64,000 nucleotides of DNA from Lingula anatina. Lineage: Eukaryota > Animalia > Brachiopoda. The notes beneath the pieces were generated by a model, which searched no databases, was not told the DNA's origin, and saw only the letters and a list, made by a program, of their open reading frames with translations. The translations under genes and the position numbers were made by a program. Position 1 is the first letter of the stretch; each line of letters starts with the position of its first letter. Where the stretch lies: contig CM120642.1 in the NCBI GenBank assembly GCA_051362555.1, positions 23,622,001 to 23,686,000 of the forward strand. The letters are read 5' to 3'. Positions 10,311 through 21,900 of the stretch are shown piece after piece.

Positions 10311-13300
10311 TTAACTCCGCCCTTTTTTCTTTCTATTGGTCACTCCATCCTCCTGGTCCATCATGTCCTCCAGTAGGGCCTGATCACTGGCAGCTATGGG
10401 GACGACTGAGATGTCCCGCACAGCTCTGAACTGACCACAGTTATTTAAATGCTCATTCTCAAGACGGAAGAAATTCCATATGAATCTCCTGAAAGAGAAA
10501 GTTCAGAATGTCATATTTTTGTTGCTTAGTTAAGATATAGCTCAGAATATATCTCCTAAAAGAAAACTTTTGAACAATGAAAATTGAAATGCACACATGA
10601 TAGCTCGTTTTAAAATGTTTTTTTTTTTTTTTTAGAACAACATTTGATGGGATGTCTTTGGTAAGAATGTATATATAGGTAAATTTCAAATATTAACAAG
10701 AGGTGGAATTTAAGACAGAAATAAATTCAAATTAATGAAGTCACAAGATGGCCATATCCATCAAGTTTGCATCAAATTAGTATTTGTGATCTAAAAAGAC
10801 TGAACTCTGCAAGAGCTGGAGAAATGATCTGAAATAGTTTTCAATATATCAAAATCGTAAAAATTCTTGCTTTTTACTGAGTTAGACATGTTTTACCTTT
10901 AAAGACTGAAGCAGAACCTATCCCAACACTTGTATAATAGACACATGAATAGAAATATACCTGACAACTTCAAGCATGGCTAATACTGTGCGTAGTATTT
11001 CATTGTTCAACATTTCATTCTCTCCTACAGACACAACTATGGTCCATGTACATCTCAGAAAGAAGTCTTCTAATATGGCAAAGTAGTAATAGGCCTAAAG
11101 AAAGAAAAAAACTTCAATTCATTTCCCCTTGAAAAAACTAGAGGATCAGAGAGGCGATACCGCCTCCGAATATTGTACCACCAGCTGGAGCAAGCGCATT
11201 CGTATAGACCCCCACATACACAAAATAAGGGGTGCAGCCACCAGTCTTGTGCTTGACAAGCTGTAAAAATGCAATCAACAAGAATTTTCAAAATATGCAA
11301 AAAATATATATAACTAAAAATGGTGCAATCAAAGTTAAGTTCATTGTAAGGTAGGTCAAAGGTCAATTTCAAGGTCACAGTAAATTGCCAGTATATGACT
11401 TCCTATCCAACTTCAATAGTAACTATGGACCTATCTCTGCCAGTTTTGGAGATAAAAGGGAAGCAAAATTTGCAAAGTTCAGTTCATGGTGAAAAGTAGG
11501 TCAAAGGTCAATTTCAAGGTCACAGTAAGATTGCCAGTATATGACTTCCTATTCAACTTCAATAGTAACTATGGCCCTATCTCTGCCAGTTTTGGAGATA
11601 AAAGGGAAGCAAAATTTGCAAAGTTCAGTTCATGGTGAAAAGTAGGTCAAAGGTCAATTTCAAGGTCACATTTAGATTGCCAGTATATGACTTCCTATTC
11701 AACTTCAATAGTAACTATGGACCTATCTCTGCCAGTTTTGGAGATAAAAGGGAAGCAAAATTTGCAAAGTTCAGTTCATGGTGAAAAGAAGGTCAAAGGT
11801 CAATTTCAAGGTCACAGTAAAATTGCCAGTATATGACTTCCTATGCAAGTTCAATAGTAACTATGGACCTATCTCTGCCAGTTTTGGAGATAAAAGGGAA
11901 GCAAATTTTGCAAAGTTCAGTTCAAGGTGAAAAGTAGGTCAAAGGTCAATTTCAAGGTCACAGTAAAATTGCCAGTATATGACTTCCTATTCAAGTTCAA
12001 TAGTAACTATGGACCTATCTCTGCCAGTTTTGGAGATAAAAGGGAAGCAAAATTTGCAAAGTTCAGTTCATGGTGAAAAGTAGGTCAAAGGTCAATGTCA
12101 AGGTCACAGTAAGATTGCCAGTATATGACTTCCTATTCAACTTCAATAGTAACTATGGACCTATCTCTGCCAGTTTTGGAGATATAAGGGACTAAATGTT
12201 ATAATTTTGGAGTTACCATAATGTGCCATAAATTTCCTACAGAAAAAATTAATTAAAATAAAGAAAAGGTCATTTTGGTCAAAGTTCTTGAAATGGGAGG
12301 TTCTCTGAAGTTGCAGAAGTTTAAATTTGATAAAATAATGTCATTTTTGACCACAAGTTGTCTGCTTTGCCAAGCATTATGTTTTATTTTTCCGGAGTTC
12401 AAAATTTATTATCCATTACCGTACTGCACATTTTTACGGAAGCCGACTGGTGCCATATGTTGAAAAAAAAAATTATCTCGAAATTTCGAGATAGCATTTT
12501 TTTTGTTCAAATTTCAAAATACTATCTCGAAATTTCGAGATAAATTTTTTTGCTCAAATATCAAAATGCTATCTCGAAATTTCGAGATAATTTTTTTTTT
12601 GTTCAAATTTCAAAATGCTATCTCGAAATTTCGAGATAAAAATTTTTTTTGTTCAAATTTCAAAATAGTATCTCGAAATTTCGAGATAATTTTTTTTCTA
12701 CATATGGCACCAGTCGGCTTCCGTACATTTTCCTTTCAACACCAATATGTACTTTCTGATACAGCGTAACTCGAAAACCGTATGGAATACAAAAAAACCG
12801 AGACCACCTCCAGTGTTGGGCTTTACATGCTCTACAAAATGAATGAAAAAGAATGGGTCTCTAGCATTAACGGTTCCCGAATTAGAGACAGTTTTCAGTT
12901 TCGGTATCTTATGGCCGCTACTCCTGTGAAAATGCACCGATTGACCCCAAATTCACGGAGATGAAAGATGACCTGAAGGGTAACACTTTCCAATAATATT
13001 ATTGGTTAAGTCTGTGTGGCGTCTGAATAACAGGGCAAAAAAATTTTTTTTCATAAAAAATTTCATTTTTTTGAAAATTTTGACCCATTTGACCTTGAAG
13101 TAAAGGTCAAAGGTCAAATCCGAGGGTATATTTGAAATCTACACATATGACTTTTGGAAAGCCGTCTATAGAAATTTTTCCCGTAACTCCTTCTGTAGGG
13201 TAGATAATTAGCATTTAATTTTGCCATTTTTAGACAAGAGTGCATTGCAATGAGTGCCACACCCAGACCCCAATACCGACGAAGCCCAAATTTTACGTGG

Positions 13301-16300
13301 AACGAGTTGAGATTATAGGTGACCTAAATCCATGAGATGGGTACGGGGGCCCTTACCGTCTAGGAGGAGAAGCGGTAACGGTAACATGGCGGCGGAGCCG
13401 GCGGAACGGACCGGACGGGACCGAAACCATGTGTACCGCCAGCGCTAACGCTGGTGGTAAATTTTTTTGTTCAAATTTCAAAAAAGTATCTCGAAATTTC
13501 GAGATAATTTTTTTTTCTACATATGGCACCAGTGGGCTTCCGTACATTTTCCTTTCACCACCAATATGTACTTTTTGATACAGCGTAACTCGAAAACCGT
13601 ATGGAATACAAAAAAACCGAGACCACCTCCAGTGTTGGGCTTTACATGCTCTACAAAATGCAAAAAAGAATGGGTCTCTAGCATTAACGGTTCCCGAATT
13701 AGAGACAGTTTTCAGTTTCGGTATCTTATGGCCGCTACTCCTGTGAAAATGCACCGATTGACCCCAAATTCACGGAGATGAAAGATGACCTGAAGGGTAA
13801 CACTTTCCAATAATATTATTGGTTAAGTCTGTGTGGTGTCTGAATAACAGGGCAAAAAAAATTTTTTTCGTAAAAAATTTCATTTTTTTGAAAATTTTGG
13901 CCCATTTGACCTTGAAGTAAAGGTCAAAGGTCAAATCCGAGGGTATATTTGAAATCTACACATATGACTTTTGGAAAGCCGTCTGTAGAAATTTTTCCCG
14001 TAACTCCTTCCGTAGGGTAGATAATTAGCATTTAATTTTGCCATTTTTGGACAAGGGTGCATTGCAATGAGTGCCACACCCAGACCCCAATACCGACAAA
14101 GCCCAAATTTTACGTGGAACGAGTTGAGATTATAGGTGACCTAAATCCATGAGATGGGTATGGGGGGCCTTACCGTCTAGGAGGAGAAGCGGTAACGGTA
14201 GCCGTCCGGCGGAGCCGGCGGAGCCGGCGGAACGATCCGGACGAGACCGAAACCATGTGTACCGCCAGCGCTAACGCTGGTGGTACAATTATATATTACT
14301 TCCACTAATGTGCAATTAATCCTTTTAACTGATTTTAATTATAATATCTATAAAGGTAAAGAATATTAATGCACTAACAAGATACCACATACCACAAAAT
14401 ACTATCAATTATAATATACAATGCAAAGTAAACTATAAAAGGCCTTTAAAATGAAACTGATGTGGGTAAACAATATTTCACCCACTTTAGCATTCTTTTA
14501 ATTAATTTTCTGCTGACATCATCCCAGCTTTAATAAGCCTGGTCAAATAATCTTTCATATATACATAAATACTTATATACATTTTCCTCCTGGGATATGC
14601 ATTTCTTGTCCAACCTCTTCACCGAGTTATTAGCTTTGAACCTATTTAATATCTTAAAAGAGAGTTGTTGCTTCCCCAAATCTCTCTCTCTCTCTTTCAG
14701 ACATATACCCACACACACAGTACACACATGTGCACATGCACACTAACACAAACATACACACCCATGCACATGCCTTACCTTATAAGCATACACTATCTCC
14801 TCCCTAAGGAACTTATTGTCCCCAGCCTTCTTGTCCATTAGTCCCCAGTCCATCTTGATATCCCAGGTGTAAGTATAAGCAGTACTCAGCACTGCCGCGG
14901 CCACCCACAGGTAGAAGAATAAATTGTTTTGGATCACAGCATGCCCATGTTGGTCTAAAAAAGAAAACAAGATGGATATTCAGATAACAAATGTTCATTT
15001 GTCTTGCCTACATATGCCAAAAGCATAAAGAAACTGACCAAAAAAGAACAGTCGATATCAACATGATAACATAGTCTTAAAAGATGGAATGTTGATAAAA
15101 TTGCTTAAGAAGTGCTGATTATCAAAATTATGTTCACTGACTTTAAAAAGCCTTATAAATATGTCATAATTTAAACTTCATCAAGTGACAGTGTGTCCAT
15201 AAAAATTCTAGAGGCAACATGTACACTTCTGTGTGACATTCTGCAAATTCGGGAAATACTTGCAAAAACAGCTTCTTATACATTTTAACAAGACTGTTCT
15301 ATTCGTCACTGGTATTACTATAGTCACCTTTATACCAAGCATTCAGCGATGAGAACAGCACCACAAGGAAAGTAGTAGAATATTTCCCTGCATTGACTAA
15401 ATGGGGAAACACCAGTTTTGAGTCTCGATAACGACGAAGGCACTGGGCAAAGCGCCACCAGGCAGGAAGAACAGCAACAATGGCAGTGGATATATGTACT
15501 GGCAAGCTGTGTGAGCAAATCCCTGGCTCTAAAACAAGCATGGAAAATATGATAAATTTAACTCACATTAACAAATGAAATATCCACTAAATCCCAAGAT
15601 ATATACTTTTGTTTAAGTTTCTTTAAAATCTGACAACATCATACTGAAAATTTTGATTTTTACCACCTTGACACAGCAACAACTGAACAGGTGTTTCTGG
15701 TTTTAAACATGTAACACGGTGTATTATACCTTCAGTTTTTGACTTTTAATATTCAAATACATTAAGACAAAAAAAAAAAGTTATCACAGAAAGTCTTAGA
15801 GACATTTTATTCATTTATATGATATAACTGTTGTGAAATCAAAATTAATTACAAATTACACTGAAAAAATCTTTATCCTGAAAGGGTTATCCTTTATAAG
15901 CAGTTTATTAAAAGATAATTACGTTTAGCATCTCCCAGCCAGTCCACCTCTGCAACATAATAACATATGAAATACTGCAGGTCCAGTATCACCAGGGTCA
16001 GACTGTTCAGCTGGTCTGCCAGCCAGAAATCAGCAAATTCTACATGGTAGAAAGGAGCAGCTATGATTCTCCACTGTAAGAATAGAAGAACAAAATGAGT
16101 TTAAAAAGGTTTTTGTTTTATTGTAGTTATGTAAGAATATAAGGCAGATTGATAACCTAAGAATAGCAAGGCTGGGTTGGGAGAGGGGTGGGGAAGCAAG
16201 TTTCAATAAATACATTTTCGTGAAGGTTTGTCCTACAAAACTGTGGTGAAAAATGTAATAAAACAGTTGCAGGAGATCAATGTTTGGACAGGCGGCAGTG

Positions 16301-17622
16301 TAAACCTAGCTAATACCACAATTAAATTAAAATCTAATTAATTCAAAATTATCTACATATATTCATCTGTATTATCAAATCAAACAGCTTCTTTTCATAT
16401 TCTGGTAACATATTCATATGTGAAAACAGACTGATGTCATGTTCATTATTTTCCAGTTCTAAAGCATTTTATCTTTTGCTAGGTAACCAAAATATGAAAC
16501 CCATAGGGCAAAATATCTGAAACAGCTGAAAATGCACCAACTTGTCTGATTTTAATACCCAACTGATCACAATTCAAACACATAGCGCGCTTCAGAACAG
16601 TGAACTAACAGATCTGGGATCAAGTATGGCCGACCAACTTGAATGCTTGTTGCATAATCCCAACGGGAAATCTATTCCGTCTCTAATCAGGATATAAGCA
16701 GCAAGCTTTTAAGTGGGTCGCCATATTTGATCTGCGGATCTGTCCATCTGCTGCTCTGAATGTGCTCATAGAAACCTCCCTCACTCACCAAAATCCTAAG
16801 CAGCCAGAACCTTGACTTTTTATGCAGCACAGGCAAAGGGTTGACTAGATACAGGAACAAGAAGCCCACTAAAGCCAGTGGGTTGGCAAACACTGGGATG
16901 AAATAGAACTTGAGATAGGCCATCAGGCTTATGGCCCAGATCACAGAAAAGAAACAGGCAATCTGAAACAAATAATTCAATAAAAATAGGACTGTTATGA
17001 ATTTTAATGCATTTTCATTTTTTAGAAGGTTAGTGTTAATTTTTTCTATTTTCTGAGGCTCAGGCAAGATTTAGCAGGGATTTTTATTCTGGCCAAGCAA
17101 AATTTAAGAATTTATATCAGGTATGTTTTGATATTGTTTTGGCTGAATGGAAAAGTAGCATTTTCATGTGAGGAACATTCAAAATCTATTGTAAGGGATC
17201 ATCCTGCCCTAATAAAGCACTAGCTTTTGGATTTTATTGCTACACGTTATTGGTATATTACCTCATAAATCTGCTGATGAGAAAGATGATTTCTTGGGTC
17301 GAGTTCAAATATAAGTACATGGTTGACCCCGGATGACCTCCATCCATATGTGTCAATCCCAAGAAGAAAGAGGAAGAAAATGATCAGGAATGTGCCACGA
17401 TACATCCGCAGTGCTGTTTTCCAGTCAACTTCCTCGGTGTAAATAGCTAAAATGAATGAGACCACGTGCACCAAAATCAAAATATCTGAAACTGTGATGC
17501 AAGATAAAATGAATAAATAAATAAATAAATATAAAAAGTGCAGCACATGGTATATACCACCATTTGAGTAATCTGTCTCCATTACCTAGTGGCTCAACAT
17601 GGCACTCTCAACCTATGTTATG

Positions 17623-17669
<47 letters not shown>

Positions 17670-18916
17670 TGCGCGCGTTCTTGAGCCCTCAGTCATAGCA
17701 TATGCTGAGCTTTTGACTAAAATGTTGCAAAGACAGTAGGGCAGCTTGTAATTCATTGTGTGTGCCTTGTTTGAGACATATTTATCAACCTTAGTACTTA
17801 CTGCCTTCTCTACATGAAACTCAACTTTAATTTAGATGTTACTTTTAGTCTGAAGGACATATTGGCTATGAAAAAATGAATGCTCGGTGGCCACATGTTA
17901 AGTTGCACTTCATTCCATTTATCTGAGGTATGCTGTTAATCCCCCCCCCCCCCCCAAGCAAATGTCAACACCCTACCTGATATTATCACTGTCACCACCA
18001 AGACAATAAAGATCCCTGAGAATAACCCAACACGAAATGTTGTCCATGGAATTTGCTGGAAAATATGTAAAAATTTATAATTAATCAGTTATTTGATAAA
18101 AATTGGTTTTAATTTCTCAATTATCAAGGTGAGCATCAAACTTATTTTTGATGTAAGTTTTGATCTAAGCTGATGTGTCATACTAATTTTTGATCTAAGT
18201 TACTGATCTACTCTGTTTCCTTTCTACTGAAGCACAGCCAAAAATGAAGGGGTCGGGTCATAAAAACAAAGATAACAATATAAGCATTTATCATTCATCT
18301 CTCTCTCTCTCTCTCTCTCTCTCAGACACACATACACAATGGACTGTTGAAGAATAACCAACCTGATCTCCTAAGGGAGGGACACGCAATCTTTTCATTG
18401 CTTTCTGCCTGTCTCCTTCTTCTAATTCCGAAGTGACAGTATTCTGCAAGTTCAATTCAAGCCATGATTAATTATTATTCTTTAAATCAATGGGACATTC
18501 CAATGTTGAAGGCTCAAAACAATATCACGGTCTAAAGAAAATCATATCTATCTAATTTACTTAATATGGGAAATAATATGACCAATTTCAAACATGATAC
18601 ATAGGGAGAAGTGGATTTTGATCTACCTCTGTTTCTGAGATCAACCTTTCCACCTCCTTGCTGGTATAAAATGGTGCTACTTCCACATGGGCTTGCCTCC
18701 ATTCTGCTCCACTGTTGGTTTGCAGCAGCTGTAAAATATTATAAAACTAGAGGATCAGAGAGGCGATACCGCCTCCGGATATTGTACCACCAGCTGGAGT
18801 AAGCGCATTCGTATGGAAAACCAAAAAAAAAAAAAAAGGGACACCACCTCCAGACTTGTGCTTAACAAGCTCTATAAAATGCAATCAACAAGAGTTCTCA
18901 AAATATGTAAAAAAAT

Positions 18917-18950
<34 letters not shown>

Positions 18951-21900
18951 ATAACTAAAAATGGTCCAATCATGCAGATTTTGGAATTGACCTGTATTTT
19001 CCTAACATTGATCACTCCTGTGATTTTCTAGACAATAGACCTATTGGTTTTCCTTGAAATGTGTTATCATTGTTGCATCTGTAGTATGCTGACAAAAGAG
19101 TAAACCTTGGGCAACACTATGGGCATATCTCTGCTAGTTTTGAAGATATGAGGGGCAAGAAAATATGCAAAGTTAAGTTCTTGGTGAAAAAGTAGGTCAA
19201 AGGTCAATTTCAAAGTCACAGTATATGACTTCCTATTCAAGTTCAATAGTAATCATGGGAATTTCTTTGCCAATTTTGAAGATATAAATGCCAGAAAACA
19301 TGCAAGGTGCAGTTCATCATAAAAAGTAGGTCAAAGGTCAATTTCAAGGTCATAGTTAGATTGCCAGTATATGACTTCCTATTCAAGTTCAACAGTAACT
19401 TTGTGTGTATCTCTGCCGTTTTCGAGATATAAAGGATAGAAAATTTGCAAAGTTCAGTTGATGGTGAAAATTAGGTCAAAGGTCAATTTCAGGGTCACAG
19501 TTAGATTGCAAGTATATGACTTCCTAATCAAGTTCAATAGTAACTATGGTCGTATCTTTGCCAGTTTTGGAAATATGAAGATCAGAAAAATTGCAAAGTG
19601 CAGTTCATAATGAAAAGTAAGTCAAAGGTCAATTTCAAGGTCACAGTTAGATTGCCAGTATATGACTTCCAGTTCAATAGGAACTATGGGCATATCTCTG
19701 CTAATTTTGCAGTAATTCACATTTTATTTTCACCACTGAATATTGCGTTGTACTTTTTTATATAGAGCAACGCCTACACCGTATCGAAAACAAAAACGTG
19801 GACACCACCTCAAGTATTGTGCTTGACAAGTCCTACGAATTGCAAAATTCAAAAGGTCTCTGGCATTTACGTTTCCAGAATTTGAGTTTTCAGTTTCATA
19901 TCTAATGGCCGCTTCTCCCATGAAAATGCACCTATTGACCCCAAACTCTCAAAGATGAAAGGAGACCCTGATTGTAACCCCTCACCATAATATGAGAGCA
20001 TAGGTCTGTGTAATTTCTGAAAATTGGTACAAACAAATATTTTTTTGCAGAAAAGTCCCATTTTTAGAAAATTTTGGCCCATTTGACCTTGAAATAAAGG
20101 TCAAAAGTCAAATCTCAGGGCATATTTGGAATCTCCACATATGACTTTCGGTCAGACTTCTGTAGTAATTTTTCCCATAATTCCTTCGGTTTGGGAGTTA
20201 TATAGCATTGAATTTTCCAAAATTTTGACAAGGGTGCGTTTTAACGAGCGTCACGCCCAGGCCAAAGCACCGACTGAGACAAAAATACCAGGGGGTTCAA
20301 GCTGAGATTATATGTGACCTAAATCCAAGAGATGGGGACACAGGTCCTTGCGGTCTAGGAGGAGAAGCGGTAACGGTGACTTGTATCCCACAACACCCTG
20401 CGGAGCCAACGGAGCCGGCGGAGCTCACGGAGCCGGCGGAGCCGGCGGAGCTTACGGAGCCGTACGAGACGGGTCGAGACTAAAACCATGAGTACCGCCA
20501 GCGTACACGCTGGTGGTACTAATAAACTGAGAAGTAACTTTCAAATGTGTGCAAATTTGAAACTGAAATAAGAATCCAATGTTAAACTTTGAAGTAAAAA
20601 TGTCCATTACACCCTTTCCGATTTGTAGGAAAAGATTTTTGAAAATAAAACTGAAGCTCTTTCTATTTCAAAATACCTACTTAAAGTTGCTTATTAACTT
20701 GTATTTCACCTCAGAAGCCAAATGAATCTTGACACAGTGACAATACATTTTTCATGGCTTTTTCTCAACAATGATATCAGAATTTTAAAAACATTAGGAT
20801 TAATTAAAAGTAATGACATGTTCTTGAACTCTTCATAGTTACAAATATTGTTTTCAGTCAAACGTGAAAAACTTCAAAATATCTATGAATAATGATAACA
20901 AATCATAATGGCTAATCTTATGATTATTAGATAAAGTTAGTGAACATTACAAATAAATGAAATATTTAGTATTATGCAATTCAACGTCAAGAACCTCCTC
21001 CCAGAACTTCCTTAAATTAAAACTAATATCATTTGGCTTGATTTTTAACATTTTTAAGAACATTTTTAATCATTTTATTTTAATCTACTGCTGCTGCATA
21101 GTTGAAACATCACTTCAGTCTACTCAAGACTTCCATTGTAGAGAGCACAACACTGGTGGTATAAAACCCAGACTGCCAAGGTATACCTATAGGCTAAGTT
21201 TGATAAAAGGACGAGTATAACCACATCCACCATTACTTAGCAAGTTGTTTCCCATAATTTGTGAAAATACATTCTCAAGTCATTAAATTCCTAACAAAAA
21301 CTTGAACATGGATGACAAATGAAGGAAATACTTAAAAGCTGGCTAGAATCTTATCCCTTCATTACTTATAACAAAACAACAACCAATGCTCACTTTTGAC
21401 TCATCTTATTCTTTATGTGGAATCTCTTCTTAACAATCCAAATCCAAGGTTATTCTGATCTGTTTTGACCAAATTAAAAAGCATTTCCCATAGCTAAACT
21501 TACTGTTCCACGGCAACTTGCTAAGATTCTTGATGCTACCATGAGGCAGACAATATGTGTGCACAATCAAACTGGCACAATAAACTCCTTCCCACCATAT
21601 GGGGCATAAGATGTGTATGTCCCAGTAATTCAAACTCATTTGTCTCTGTCCAGTGGAGTTTAAGAGGCACATGAGAATGTTTCCTAATTGCCTCCCAAAT
21701 GTCAATCACTAGAGTGACTATATACAAATACAACAGTGCTCCAGGAGCAAATTACAATTATGTTTATCCAGAATTATTGTTGCAAACTTAAATTTAAAAC
21801 CCTAATGACTGGTAAGAATAAAGAACATATTATTGCTCTTGCCAAGTATTTATGGTTAGCCTTCCAAAAAAGGGACTGTGCTGCACCCATAACCAGTTGA

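Larger units (their letters stand above)
11138..13459 (-). mobile_element. HINE/DINE-1-like element copy 2 (in XPR1 intron 12), with shorter array and nested MITE
   Basis: Same CTAG/hairpin/subTIR end at 11138. Near-identical to copy 1 outside the array. Ends at GCTGGTGGTA (13459). Confidence 0.8.

Noticed and set aside
12470-12690. CRISPR-like regularly spaced palindromes
   Set aside because: Spacers are near-identical rather than unique, the array lies within MITE TIRs in a eukaryotic intron, and there are no cas genes.
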